From the IMG/VR virus record IMGVR_UViG_3300013936_000021, positions 1 through 64,000 of that record: 64,000 bases of DNA; one strand, written 5' to 3'. A program made the position numbers and the translations under genes. This stretch comes from a virus (Duplodnaviria; Caudoviricetes). Shown here in pieces: positions 1 through 10,246 of this stretch. Under the pieces are notes generated by a model that searched no databases, was not told the DNA's origin, and saw nothing but the letters and a program-made list of their open reading frames with translations. Each line of letters opens with the position of its first letter. Position 1 is the first letter of the stretch.

Positions 1-3000
1 TGACAAGCACGTGCGTGCCCGACCGACGGTATGCAGGCATCGTCACGCCACAACCGAGATCCACCGCGTCATACATCGGGAGCGTCACGAGCGCCGTGCT
101 TGCGTTGGTAGGATTGCCGTCTGAAACAAGTGACGGGTCTGCGGTCTGTATCTGCACGCTCTTGATGGTGGACATATCAACGGGCACAAAGAGGGTATTG
201 CCGTCGCCCACCAAGAGGTTGGCGGAAGACTTCTCCAACTCGCCTACCTCATTGGGAGACCACAAGGAGCCGTCCATGCCCACATAGCTTGTGCTGTCCG
301 TGATGGCCCCCTGCACGGTGAGGTCGCCTTTGACAGTCGTCTTCTTGGCATCAAGCGTTATGTGCTCGTCCTCCACCGTCATGCCTGCGGTCTTCAAGCC
401 GTTCTTCGTGACGGCCATCTCTATCCTGCCGCCTATCGTGCTGATGCTCGCCTTGATGCTGGCCTCGCTGGCTTCGAGCATCTTGCCGAGCGTGGAGTAG
501 TAGTTGTAGTAAAGGTTCACGTAACTCTCTGACGTAAGGCCGATGTCGGACAGGATGGTGTCCTTGCCGATATTAGCGTCGCTCACGATATCCTGCGTTG
601 CCGACACGAAGTTGTTATAGGCCTTCTTGTACGCCCCGTAGGCCTGCGTGTAGCTAACGGAGCTATCGGTCGTCGGCTCGCTGAAGGAAGAGAACTCCGA
701 CTGCATGTTCTTGAGCGTGATGAGCAGCTGCATCTTCTCCGTCCCTGCGGTGACAACCCCGTCGTCAGCGATGTTCTGCGCCTTGGTGAGGGCTTTCAGC
801 GTGTCGTGGTCGGTATAGTCCTCCCAGGTGTAAGTCGTAAGGCTGTCTTTGGTTGTTGCGACAAAGCGGTAGCAGTGCCCGCCATCACTCTTCGCCGTGT
901 CCGAGCGGTCGAAATAGAGGTCGTCCACGTGCTCGGCCTTCTTGCTGTCCGTCGTCCACTCTACGGCAGGCTCGTTCTCCAGGGAGGGCACCTCGTCACC
1001 ATACCAGATGTCGAAGTGCGTGTCATTCTCGCGTTGAAGGCTTTCCAGCCATTCGAGCAGGTCACGCCCTTGCTCGCCCTCGCTTGTCGCGACAAAAGAC
1101 CCCTTGAAGACATTGCCGTTGTAAGCCACGCGATTGAGACGGTTGTCCTCGGTGATGGTGAAAGAGTTGATGCCTACGTACTGCACCCAGCAAGGAGCTT
1201 CCACGCCCGTGTCGGGCGACTTGTAGGCGGCAATCATCTGAGCGGCCTGTCGTTTCTTGTCTGCGCTACGGCTTCCCCATTGCGCCACGGCATCGCCCAC
1301 CTCCGCTTCCACGGTACACCCGTCGGCCTTCTCTAACGTGCTGACCTCTATCCAGTGGTACAGATGCTTGGTGCCGTTCTCCTCTTCCACACTCTCGGGC
1401 GTATCTCCGCTTGTCGCCGTGACCAACGCCCACCAATACTTGTTGCTTGCGCTGAAGGTCTCACCGACCTTCGCACGGTTGAAATCCATGCTGATGGCCT
1501 GATCGCCCACCTCCCATGTGTTCATGCTTCCCTTGCCGCCATTCTCGGCCAGCCAGTAGAGACGCACCACATTGTTGCCAGCAATCACTCTGTCCACATT
1601 GAACGAGTTGGCCGCAGAGAAGATGTATGTGCCGCCAGCCGCCTTGATCTTGTCTATCACAAGCTCAAAGAAGTGAGCCGAGCCCGATACCGTGAGGTCT
1701 TTCAGGTATGTCTCGCCACCCACGTTGAGGTTGCCGTCAACAGTCGCGTCACCATGCACGCCGAGGTCTTTGCCTACCTCTGCGTTGCCTTCCACGCGCT
1801 CGTCACCACCGACTCTCTCGTCTCCATTGATGTCCGCGTCTCCGTCCGACGTGAGCCCCTGCTCAAACGTGATGCGTCCCTTCGCTGTGTCCGCCTGCTG
1901 CTTGGAGAGGTACATCTTGTCTGCTACACTTGCGTTAAACGAAGAAGAGGAACCTTTGTTCCCGAGCCTGTTTGTTACGCTTTGCGCAACATCGTCTTTT
2001 ACGGCATCCACAATGTTTTTCGCATCGCCTTCCGTTGTTTCTAACGAATTGACAAGCGTCACGCTGACTTCACAAAGAATGTCCTCGTCGGCTTTTACTG
2101 AGTATTCGCTTACAAACAGATTGTGATACAATTCGCTCCCGTCTTCTGCATACTCGCCATCTACATGTACTGACAGCTTTGAGTTTTCGTTCAGTAAATC
2201 CGAAAAATCGGCGTTGTTTTGAAGATATATGCGAGAGAACTTTACGGAGTAATTAAATTGGTCCTCATTGTTCTCGCTCATATACTTAATTAGAGCCTCG
2301 TCGAGACGTTTCTCTGCTGCTGTTATGAGCACCTTTGGCGGCTTGATGCCTGTTAGTACGAACAAGTCTCCTTTTTGAGGTTTGAATCCAGCACTTGCGT
2401 TTGGCATTATCGTGCCAAGTGTAGAATCGTCTTTCTTTACGCAAATCCAAAGTTCTTCTTTCGTGGAGTCTTGGTTTGCAGTTTGTTCTTCTACTAAAGA
2501 ATCTGGAAGTATGTAATCGTTAGCGTCTGTCCTGTATGACTTCAAGTTGCCATCGCCGTCTGTTTGGACATTGTTGTAGCATTTCGCTTTTTGTGAATCC
2601 CAATAACACCCAATCTCGAACGAGCATGCGGGACACCCGTTACTCTTAATAAGGTTTATCTTTGCGCTCTCGCTTGCTAATATATGCTTGAATAAGTCGA
2701 AACCGTAATCACCACTAAACTTGTGTAGTTTGATGTAAAAGTAGGAGTGAACATAATTGTCGTCGCTGTCTTTTACGTCACTATCACCGCTATCAAACGC
2801 AACATCCGCAATCTCACCAAAAAGCTGGCCTAAGCCGTCTTTCCGTATTACATCATTGCGGACACCGTTAATTGTAGGCTTGATGTCGTCAAAAGACACA
2901 CTTCCTTGATGCGGAACGCCCTCTTTGTACTCGTTAGCAAACTTGTAGTATTCGCCACTACCACCTGGCAAAAGATGAGTTCGGTTTAGCGCATAATAGA

Positions 3001-4840
3001 ACCGCTCGGCACCATTACTTGACCGATAGATACTTGGCATGAGGTATTGGCTCGGGAGAATCCAAATCCTGTCGGTAACGTGTATTTTAGCGACGTTATC
3101 GGCATTTTCCTTTTCTATCAGCCAATCAGTTCCATTAAACGAAAAAGAAGTGCTGTTATGCGGCAAATTTTTAATATCGTTAATCTCTATACCACTCTCG
3201 TCATACGGGACACTCTTATCGTTGCCGTAGGTGAAATAATACTCGCTTGATGGCCTGTAAGCGTAAGTAACATTTCCGGAAGCGGTTATGCTGATGCCGT
3301 TCAGTTTCTTTGTGCCTTTAGCTACAGCTATGTTGCTGGCCGTAATACGGCAACCTATAACGATGACAGTTTTGGTCGAAGAGACAAAGCTGCATATCTT
3401 TTCCTCCGACTTGGTGAAGTTTCTTAAACCAACTAAATTATCGCCAAAGCTCCATGCTTTTGAAGCGTTTGCCACACTACCTCCGAAGCTCCCGCTATGT
3501 GAATGATCCTCGTCTGCCTCGTCCTCTTTGCCGGCATTTTTTAGATGCTTGAACGCGGTAGCAATGTCCATGTCGTCCCCAACATAGTAGGAGTACTCGT
3601 AATTGAAAATTAGACCGAATTTATCTTGCCCCTCGTCCTCTGTGGCATTAAACTTTAAATCATCAAGTTTTACAGAACCATTTTGTATGCTGTTAAACGC
3701 AAACAGAAAGTAAGTAACAGCTTCGGATTGCAGCCTGCTTGACGATGAAGTTCCACTCGAGCTGTAAAATTCTCCCATTTTAGCATGGAAAATGACACTC
3801 TTTGCGCCTTCGCCTACTCCACTACCCGTCTCAGAAGTATAAACAGACGCTAAGTATTGAGACAGTCCATATACATTCGCACTGTACTCCTGCTCGCTGT
3901 TTTTCCCAAGAGATAAAATCTCGTTATAGATGTTACTATTCCACCCGAAGACTTTGCCAAGGTTAATGTTTTGAACCAAAGATTTGTCGAAATTCTCTGT
4001 TTCAAAAACGGCTTTTCCATATTCGTCATCGTTTGGATAGTAATACGGAATGTTGTCTGATGAGCCGTGTCCGGTTATCATATCAACAACTTTACTATTG
4101 GCGTTTTCTTTGCTAATGGACAACAATTCATTATTACGACCGTAACTAAGAACATACTTCTTGGCGAAATTTCCGTCTATGCTAAGGTCGCTTTGCTGCT
4201 TGCCAACATGGCACACTTTGCCTATCCAGTAATAGGTAAGGCCGAAAGTTGAGTATATAAGTTGAAGGACATCCGTAATATATTGATCTTCGAACGAGAC
4301 CTCTTTCACATCGTCTGTTCCGTACCCTTCGTCAACAACGACATAATATCCTTTGTCGCTACTACTGGTAGGACGATATATTCCGCAATAAGAAAGCGAA
4401 CTGTTTATCCTGGAGACAAATTCATCTATCGTTCCCCCAAACTTGAAAGAGGTCTGGTTGGAACGATATTTGTCTTCATCTTGCGAACTCGCATCCTCTG
4501 ATACTACATCAAAGAAAAGTGTATTATCGAGGATTTCTCTTTGAGACGTGAATGTAACATCATATTTGTACATCAAGGATGAATTGTCTTTGCTCATGCT
4601 TGGAGTGTAGCTTACATAGAATCTTTCTCCAAGAAATTCCACAAACGCGCCTTTGTTCCAGACAATCGGCTCCATTGAATAGATAGTCGCCGTCAATGTA
4701 GGAGCTCCGCCCATACGCTTACTCTCATAAGTGTACGAGCTGATTTTTAGCGCGCAGCTTTCAGACGGGAATAAAGAAATCTCTTCAAGCCCGTCCTCAT
4801 TCAGCAAAGAATGCTTTATGTACAAATCGCTCTTATTCAT
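1..4840 (-). CDS. Large tail/baseplate-hub/receptor-binding protein, truncated by window edge (>1600 aa)
   Basis: ATG at 4840 overlaps portal stop (MNKSDLYIKHS...YESKRMGGAPTLTAT); same frame is open at the left edge; absent from the ORF track, consistent with running off the window; segments such as YLSKQADTAKGRITFEQGL and FFELVIDKIKAAGG resemble Bacteroidota phage tail proteins. Confidence 0.75.
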   Translation of the reverse strand, partial: MNKSDLYIKHSLLNEDGLEEISLFPSESCALKISSYTYESKRMGGAPTLTATIYSMEPIVWNKGAFVEFLGERFYVSYTPSMSKDNSSLMYKYDVTFTSQREILDNTLFFDVVSEDASSQDEDKYRSNQTSFKFGGTIDEFVSRINSSLSYCGIYRPTSSSDKGYYVVVDEGYGTDDVKEVSFEDQYITDVLQLIYSTFGLTYYWIGKVCHVGKQQSDLSIDGNFAKKYVLSYGRNNELLSISKENANSKVVDMITGHGSSDNIPYYYPNDDEYGKAVFETENFDKSLVQNINLGKVFGWNSNIYNEILSLGKNSEQEYSANVYGLSQYLASVYTSETGSGVGEGAKSVIFHAKMGEFYSSSGTSSSSRLQSEAVTYFLFAFNSIQNGSVKLDDLKFNATEDEGQDKFGLIFNYEYSYYVGDDMDIATAFKHLKNAGKEDEADEDHSHSGSFGGSVANASKAWSFGDNLVGLRNFTKSEEKICSFVSSTKTVIVIGCRITASNIAVAKGTKKLNGISITASGNVTYAYRPSSEYYFTYGNDKSVPYDESGIEINDIKNLPHNSTSFSFNGTDWLIEKENADNVAKIHVTDRIWILPSQYLMPSIYRSSNGAERFYYALNRTHLLPGGSGEYYKFANEYKEGVPHQGSVSFDDIKPTINGVRNDVIRKDGLGQLFGEIADVAFDSGDSDVKDSDDNYVHSYFYIKLHKFSGDYGFDLFKHILASESAKINLIKSNGCPACSFEIGCYWDSQKAKCYNNVQTDGDGNLKSYRTDANDYILPDSLVEEQTANQDSTKEELWICVKKDDSTLGTIMPNASAGFKPQKGDLFVLTGIKPPKVLITAAEKRLDEALIKYMSENNEDQFNYSVKFSRIYLQNNADFSDLLNENSKLSVHVDGEYAEDGSELYHNLFVSEYSVKADEDILCEVSVTLVNSLETTEGDAKNIVDAVKDDVAQSVTNRLGNKGSSSSFNASVADKMYLSKQQADTAKGRITFEQGLTSDGDADINGDERVGGDERVEGNAEVGKDLGVHGDATVDGNLNVGGETYLKDLTVSGSAHFFELVIDKIKAAGGTYIFSAANSFNVDRVIAGNNVVRLYWLAENGGKGSMNTWEVGDQAISMDFNRAKVGETFSASNKYWWALVTATSGDTPESVEEENGTKHLYHWIEVSTLEKADGCTVEAEVGDAVAQWGSRSADKKRQAAQMIAAYKSPDTGVEAPCWVQYVGINSFTITEDNRLNRVAYNGNVFKGSFVATSEGEQGRDLLEWLESLQRENDTHFDIWYGDEVPSLENEPAVEWTTDSKKAEHVDDLYFDRSDTAKSDGGHCYRFVATTKDSLTTYTWEDYTDHDTLKALTKAQNIADDGVVTAGTEKMQLLITLKNMQSEFSSFSEPTTDSSVSYTQAYGAYKKAYNNFVSATQDIVSDANIGKDTILSDIGLTSESYVNLYYNYYSTLGKMLEASEASIKASISTIGGRIEMAVTKNGLKTAGMTVEDEHITLDAKKTTVKGDLTVQGAITDSTSYVGMDGSLWSPNEVGELEKSSANLLVGDGNTLFVPVDMSTIKSVQIQTADPSLVSDGNPTNASTALVTLPMYDAVDLGCGVTMPAYRRSGTHVLV

Positions 4841-6383
4841 TTCCGCTTGAAGTTTGAGGTTGATTATTGCTTGTCAAATTTGCTTCTATCGCCTTCCTCT
4901 CGGCTTCCTCCTGTTCCTTCTGTATTCTAACCTCTTCATCAGGAGCCGATATGGTATTCTTTTCTATTCCAGTCTTTGTGGAAATGAGATTGCTTCCCTT
5001 TAAAGTACACAACATTTGATTCCATGCGCTTTCGTCGAATGGTTGCCACGGCTTTAACGACGTACTGATTTGCATTTGCGCATATTCCGTTATTGCCGTA
5101 GGGTTCTCTCCGCTTGAAACGAGCTGCTTTGCCAAGCCCTCCTTGAACAAACGCGAATGTTTGCTAACGAAATTCTGCCATTCTATCACCTCGTCACAGG
5201 ATTTAATAATATCAAGAGACCGCGTCATTTGTATTGCCAGGCCACTAATATCGCCGCTTGACTTCACGTCCTTAGGGAGAATAAAAGTGGTTCCTACGGC
5301 GATTTCTATCTGGTCAAGAATGGCCTGCATGAAATCTATCATGTTTTGAGGAGAAGGAGGTGTCTTGAAATCGGCAGACCCGCTACCATCAATACTTGTA
5401 TCGTTCAAGATAATAGACCCCGCAATCTTCTTGACGCTTTCATTGAATTTACCCTTGATATACAAAATACCCCATCCGTGTCTCTTCTGAATAACGGCGA
5501 AGAGATTAAAGATAATCTCGAATAGCTCCATCAAGTCCTCACCGCCTTCCCAAGCGACTTTTCCTCGCTTTGTGACAAGTGGGCTTTCGGAAAAACCATG
5601 GACTTCCGAATACTCCAAATTCCAGCCCCTAAGAACTTTGTCGGACTTATTTTTATCATCGTCAACAGATACGGCAAAGTTGTCAGAGAAGTGGTAATGA
5701 TAAGTATCGTCGTAAGCGTCAATGTGCCTCACGTTGTCATCCGTTTGATAATACACGCAATCCATCAACGGCTCTCCGTTGTCATCCTTGTGAGAGATGA
5801 TTTGATAACCGTCCTCATACGAGAACAGGCGAGCTTTAACCTCGTTATTCTCATTCATATAGATGAGCAATCCTACGTCTCCAAACGATTTCTGTATCTT
5901 GATGGCACGATAGCCGATCCCGTCCTGATTTGTGTTCTCCCAATGCCACTTAAAATCGGCAAAGTTCTTCTTTAGCTTGTCTGACGGATTACCGTCGTGT
6001 AGGGTGTGCTGCCTTCGATTGCCACCGAGATAAAGAGACTGCGCCCTTACCGTGCCTTGCTGCATAGGAATGCCAAACCTTTTAAACTCTATCTCTTGAT
6101 AACCACCGTCGTCAGTCTTTATACAAATACTTGGTAGATTTGTGTCGAAGATTACCTTGTGGCAATTAGGGTCAAGCTCCTTGGCAAACCTTTCTTGGCT
6201 CACTATATTGCGCTTTATGTTTGGAAGGAGCGCTTCTCTGCGATTTTGTGTTGCTATCTCACAACCATCGTTGTAATCACTAATGGACGCAGAACTACAG
6301 CCTCTTAAAAATGGCTTTTTTAAGAGCAGCTTTCCAGGGTTCGCCAAAAAGTCGTTTATAATATCTTGCCTCCTTCTACTCAT
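4833..6383 (-). CDS. Portal protein
   Basis: 516 aa downstream of terminase genes; SGxAI motif (DISGLAIQM) and C-terminal IS-KT..E typical of SPP1-like portals. Confidence 0.75.
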   Translation of the reverse strand: MSRRRQDIINDFLANPGKLLLKKPFLRGCSSASISDYNDGCEIATQNRREALLPNIKRNIVSQERFAKELDPNCHKVIFDTNLPSICIKTDDGGYQEIEFKRFGIPMQQGTVRAQSLYLGGNRRQHTLHDGNPSDKLKKNFADFKWHWENTNQDGIGYRAIKIQKSFGDVGLLIYMNENNEVKARLFSYEDGYQIISHKDDNGEPLMDCVYYQTDDNVRHIDAYDDTYHYHFSDNFAVSVDDDKNKSDKVLRGWNLEYSEVHGFSESPLVTKRGKVAWEGGEDLMELFEIIFNLFAVIQKRHGWGILYIKGKFNESVKKIAGSIILNDTSIDGSGSADFKTPPSPQNMIDFMQAILDQIEIAVGTTFILPKDVKSSGDISGLAIQMTRSLDIIKSCDEVIEWQNFVSKHSRLFKEGLAKQLVSSGENPTAITEYAQMQISTSLKPWQPFDESAWNQMLCTLKGSNLISTKTGIEKNTISAPDEEVRIQKEQEEAERKAIEANLTSNNQPQTSSGNE

Positions 6384-6978
6384 CTTTGCTTTCGTTTAAT
6401 GATTTAACATCCTCTTTAAAATCTTGTTTTTCGCCGGAGCTCGCTTCGTTATCCTGCGGATCTATAAGCCCGAAATGCTTAACGCACGCTTTCCGTGTGG
6501 GCCAAAAATTACATTCCCGTCTTGTCATTGGGCACACAATATCATGCTTGCTTGGCACGACTATGATGCGTTTTTGTTTCTGGCTTTCCTCCATTTCAAA
6601 CTTGTCGTTCAGTTTTACACGAAGGTCTCCTTCCAGCTTCAAAGCATCTTTTACCTCCAATCCTCCATTCTCGCCTAACGCTTGAACTCTTGCGAGTAGC
6701 TTTATCAGGTCTCCTTTGTTTTGTTCTTTTGTGATGGAATTACTGTCAATTGATCCTATACCGAATGGCTCCAGGGTATCAAGAAGCTTCTTGAATCTTG
6801 GGGTTTTATAGAAAGCGCCAGCCTCTTTGTCGCTTTTGCGATATGCCAAGCGGTAAGCCAGCGTCTTATCCTCGATGGCATCACAAAGGATAGCGAAAGC
6901 AATATCCTTTTCGCTTGCTTTGTCCCAATCTGCTCTCACAGTTTCGAGGATCATCTTGATATTTTCCTTCTTTAGCAT
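6376..6978 (-). CDS. Conserved phage protein, possible terminase small subunit
   Basis: 200 aa helical protein (AYRLAY) between terL and portal; mainly positional. Confidence 0.45.
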   Translation of the reverse strand: MLKKENIKMILETVRADWDKASEKDIAFAILCDAIEDKTLAYRLAYRKSDKEAGAFYKTPRFKKLLDTLEPFGIGSIDSNSITKEQNKGDLIKLLARVQALGENGGLEVKDALKLEGDLRVKLNDKFEMEESQKQKRIIVVPSKHDIVCPMTRRECNFWPTRKACVKHFGLIDPQDNEASSGEKQDFKEDVKSLNESKDE

Positions 6979-6993
6979 ATCTTTTATTTGTTT

Positions 6994-8607
6994 TTAGTAC
7001 CAAACAGAATCGTCATAAATACTTTCAGCGTTGTTGTTTTTATTTGCGCACTCTTGCTCTTGCGTGGTCTTGAATCCTTCGCGGAGCTCTTCTCCGTACT
7101 CCATGTTCATACAAGGGTACATTCTCATTGCGCAAGGGTCGAGTAAGTCCATAGACCTATCTTTCCCCAAGTTTCTATTCATCTCTTTCTTGCTCTGCAA
7201 CTTTTTCTTTCCGCTCTGTAGCTTATCAAAGCGAACGACGGCACATTCCTCCAGGAACTCGTTTTGTATCGTAACCTTATATTTGAGGTTTTGATGGGTG
7301 TAAGTTGCGTTTGCAACCCTGTCATCAAATGTAAGCTGGCCTCGCTTGATCATGTAACACAACCGCAGGTAACACAGGTCTTTTATACTCATGGCGGACA
7401 GGTAGTAAATCCCCATCGGCTTTGCGGCAGAAATATAAGGAACAGCTTCTTCTATATAGTCGTTGAAATACCTTCCGGCCGTAGCATCATATATGATATG
7501 ACTATCAGCTACCCCTTCTTTGAACGCAAAAGCCTTCGCCCTCTCGGCATTCATCCTCGGTGTCGCGTGCATAATAATCTCGTAATTTACTACATGGAAT
7601 CCATTCCAAGATAGCATTACAGTGTTGTCTTTTCCGTAGTCTGCCAAGTCAATAGTAATCCATTTGTCTCCATTTACGGCAGCGTCGTTAATGAAACAAT
7701 CGCGGGCAGACTGGCTCGGGATTGGAATATCCTCCTCTTCCTCTGGATCCACATTAAAGTTTCCCTCCATAAGGGCTTGCGCCATTCGTCCACCTGAAGC
7801 AGCAACAGAGCCAAGGTAACCCGAATTGTTTTCAAGCATTTTCTTGTTATCTCCGAGCTTTCCTTGGTAGAACACGAAGGATTTTATCATCACCTCGTAG
7901 CTGAAATTTCCGCCAATGGTTTTCAGCTTTCTATCAATATCTATCCTGCATTTGTTGTAAACTTCCTCTTTTGTCGCGCCCCACACAACATCTTTGACTG
8001 TTGGCCCTGCGCAATAGAAGTACCTCACAACGCCATCTCTCGATGGAATAATGAATCCATCGGAGCCGATGTACCAATCAAGGAATATTCTCGTCCAATG
8101 ACTTCTTTTAGGGTTAAGGGTAGCAAAGAATTTTCCTGTAAAAGTCTTGCTCTGCCCTCGGTTACGCGTCATAACATAAGAGAACACCTCCCAGCTCATC
8201 TCTGTCAACTCGTCAATCGCAATCAAGTCGTACTCCCAGCCTTTTGCGCGCTCTCGCAGCTTATCCATATTAGAATCATCCAAATAGGTAAGGTCAACGA
8301 ATGTTCCGTTTGGAAACGTAACACGAGGCGAGTCACTTTCCTTTACCCTTATGTAGTCAGCTCCGAAGATTTGCTTAAACTTCTCCACGAAGCCGCCACC
8401 TGCCTTTTGGTTACCTAACGAGCGGCGAGAAATCATAGCTCGAAAATCGGGGTCGGTCATTAGGGGCTCTGCCATCGCAAGCACAAGAGCGAATGATTTG
8501 CCTCCTCCTAAATTTCCGCCTCCGAAAACCACATCGACATTGCTGCTCGCAAAGGACTCCTGGAAGCCTTCTTGTGGTCTAATCTCTATATCGTTTCTTT
8601 CTGCCAC
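6994..8607 (-). CDS. Terminase large subunit
   Basis: PQEGFQ adenine-binding motif, Walker A GGNLGGGKS, Walker B IAIDE, TLNP motif, RNase H-like nuclease IDLADYGKD. Confidence 0.93.
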   Translation of the reverse strand: MAERNDIEIRPQEGFQESFASSNVDVVFGGGNLGGGKSFALVLAMAEPLMTDPDFRAMISRRSLGNQKAGGGFVEKFKQIFGADYIRVKESDSPRVTFPNGTFVDLTYLDDSNMDKLRERAKGWEYDLIAIDELTEMSWEVFSYVMTRNRGQSKTFTGKFFATLNPKRSHWTRIFLDWYIGSDGFIIPSRDGVVRYFYCAGPTVKDVVWGATKEEVYNKCRIDIDRKLKTIGGNFSYEVMIKSFVFYQGKLGDNKKMLENNSGYLGSVAASGGRMAQALMEGNFNVDPEEEEDIPIPSQSARDCFINDAAVNGDKWITIDLADYGKDNTVMLSWNGFHVVNYEIIMHATPRMNAERAKAFAFKEGVADSHIIYDATAGRYFNDYIEEAVPYISAAKPMGIYYLSAMSIKDLCYLRLCYMIKRGQLTFDDRVANATYTHQNLKYKVTIQNEFLEECAVVRFDKLQSGKKKLQSKKEMNRNLGKDRSMDLLDPCAMRMYPCMNMEYGEELREGFKTTQEQECANKNNNAESIYDDSVWY

Positions 8608-8730
8608 AACACAAAGTTACAATATCAATAATATTTATAGTTCTTGAAAGCCTTTAATATTGGACTGCTATCAAATAGAGCGTGTTATAAACTTTGAATT
8701 AATGATTAGTCTATATATCTTTGCTGAAAA
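8605..8730. promoter_or_regulatory. Divergent promoter region (Bacteroidota -7 boxes)
   Basis: TATCTTTG at 8716-8723 (+) and TAACTTTG on the minus strand near 8612-8619 between divergent operons. Confidence 0.55.
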
Positions 8731-8747
8731 ACATAAACATTTTTAAT

Positions 8748-9383
8748 ATGAAGTTTACTAAAAGCCAGCTTTTAGATGCCCTAAAAGCAAAACTCACTGC
8801 AAATGGAAAACACCTTTCCATCAGTGACAAGACAATCAAAAGTTTGAGTGACTCCCACTTTGACCTTTTGGTTAACGAAGAGACAGAGTTGAATGATATT
8901 GTTGCGAAGCTTCTTCCTCAGTACGTTTCCCTCAATGGTAACTACGAGAAGGACAATGCAGACTTTATCAAGAAGTGGAAGGAAGAGCATCCGGATGACA
9001 AACCAGAACAGGCCAAACAGAACAAAGATGGCGGAGAGCCGTCAGAGGCCGAGAAGAAACTTCTTGCCCGTTTGGAAGCTTTGGAAAAGAAGGATGCGGA
9101 ATATGAAGCTGCTAAGCTCGTCTCTGCAAAGCGTAGTGAACTTATTGCCAAGTTTAAGGAGAATGGTATCAAAGACTCAAAGTGGGTTGACGCTTACATG
9201 AAGAAGCTGAACCTCACAAAGGATTCCGACATTGATCAGGAGTTTTCAGACGCCGAAGAGTTCTATAACCTTGCCCATTCGAAGCAAATACCGCAGACGC
9301 CAGGAGGCGCAGGTGGGGCAGGAGACGGCAAGGTCGATTTCTCTGATGTCGTAAGTATCGTTAATCCAAACGCTGGCAAGTAA
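8748..9383 (+). CDS. Capsid scaffolding protein
   Basis: Charged coiled-coil protein with Gly-rich C-terminus upstream of capsid genes. Confidence 0.6.
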   Translation: MKFTKSQLLDALKAKLTANGKHLSISDKTIKSLSDSHFDLLVNEETELNDIVAKLLPQYVSLNGNYEKDNADFIKKWKEEHPDDKPEQAKQNKDGGEPSEAEKKLLARLEALEKKDAEYEAAKLVSAKRSELIAKFKENGIKDSKWVDAYMKKLNLTKDSDIDQEFSDAEEFYNLAHSKQIPQTPGGAGGAGDGKVDFSDVVSIVNPNAGK

Positions 9384-9416
9384 CAGGATTTATTCACAAA
9401 TTTAACTTACAGAATT

Positions 9417-10190
9417 ATGGCAGCAGCAGATGATTTCTATTTGAAGCACGGCTATGGCGGCTCATTTGGCGGTCGCACGCTGATCCAAGCGCATGGTAAG
9501 ATTGGCGGCCACAGGAGCGTGTTTATCAACCTCGTGAGTGGCAACAAGGATGCGTTTGTTTATCCGCCCTTCGGTGGCGTTATTACAAACCCGTTCAAGG
9601 GACGCGCCAAGGTTTATGCAGGCGACTTGTGCGAGTATGACCCCGACACATACGGCACCAGCAAAGGCCAGACCGTGAAGATTTTAAAGTACTTCGAGTT
9701 GGCAAAGGATGTTTCCGCAACAACCGACACGACCGTCAAGTTTATCCGCGATGGCTATCACCACATCCCCTTCGCTGGCGATATAGTGATGGCGGCTCCA
9801 GCTACCTTCGCCGGGACTGGCACTGGCCTCACTATAACAAGCGTTATTCCTTCGGTTGAAGGAAGCCAAGACGTATGGGAGGTAACTCTCGGTGCAGAGA
9901 TTGGCGCAACCGCGAAGAAAGGCGACATATTCGTAGAAGCGGCAAAGGCTGGTGCGAAGACAACCGCTTTGGTCACAAAGCCTAACGCATGGTTCGACCG
10001 AGACAACGACTTCTTTTACGAGCCAAACCTGAACGCTAACCCTGAAGAGGGCGATGGCGCACGTTATTTCTACACTCCCGCCTTGATCAAGGACTCAAAG
10101 GTTATCTTGAACTTGGCAAAGTGCAATAAACTCCCGCCCGCAGTTCTCGCTATGAATACTCGCACAGAGGCAGGTTGGTTCGGTCTCTAA
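9417..10190 (+). CDS. Head decoration/auxiliary capsid protein
   Basis: Position between scaffold and major capsid; beta-rich composition. Confidence 0.5.
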   Translation: MAAADDFYLKHGYGGSFGGRTLIQAHGKIGGHRSVFINLVSGNKDAFVYPPFGGVITNPFKGRAKVYAGDLCEYDPDTYGTSKGQTVKILKYFELAKDVSATTDTTVKFIRDGYHHIPFAGDIVMAAPATFAGTGTGLTITSVIPSVEGSQDVWEVTLGAEIGATAKKGDIFVEAAKAGAKTTALVTKPNAWFDRDNDFFYEPNLNANPEEGDGARYFYTPALIKDSKVILNLAKCNKLPPAVLAMNTRTEAGWFGL

Positions 10191-10246
10191 GTTCAACATT
10201 CAATAGGATTAAAACAGGATAACATATCATTTAAAGTATTCAGGAT

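Noticed and set aside
15-4501. Plus-strand ORFs in the track over the first 4.5 kb
   Set aside because: Antisense shadows of one long minus-strand tail gene that runs off the window
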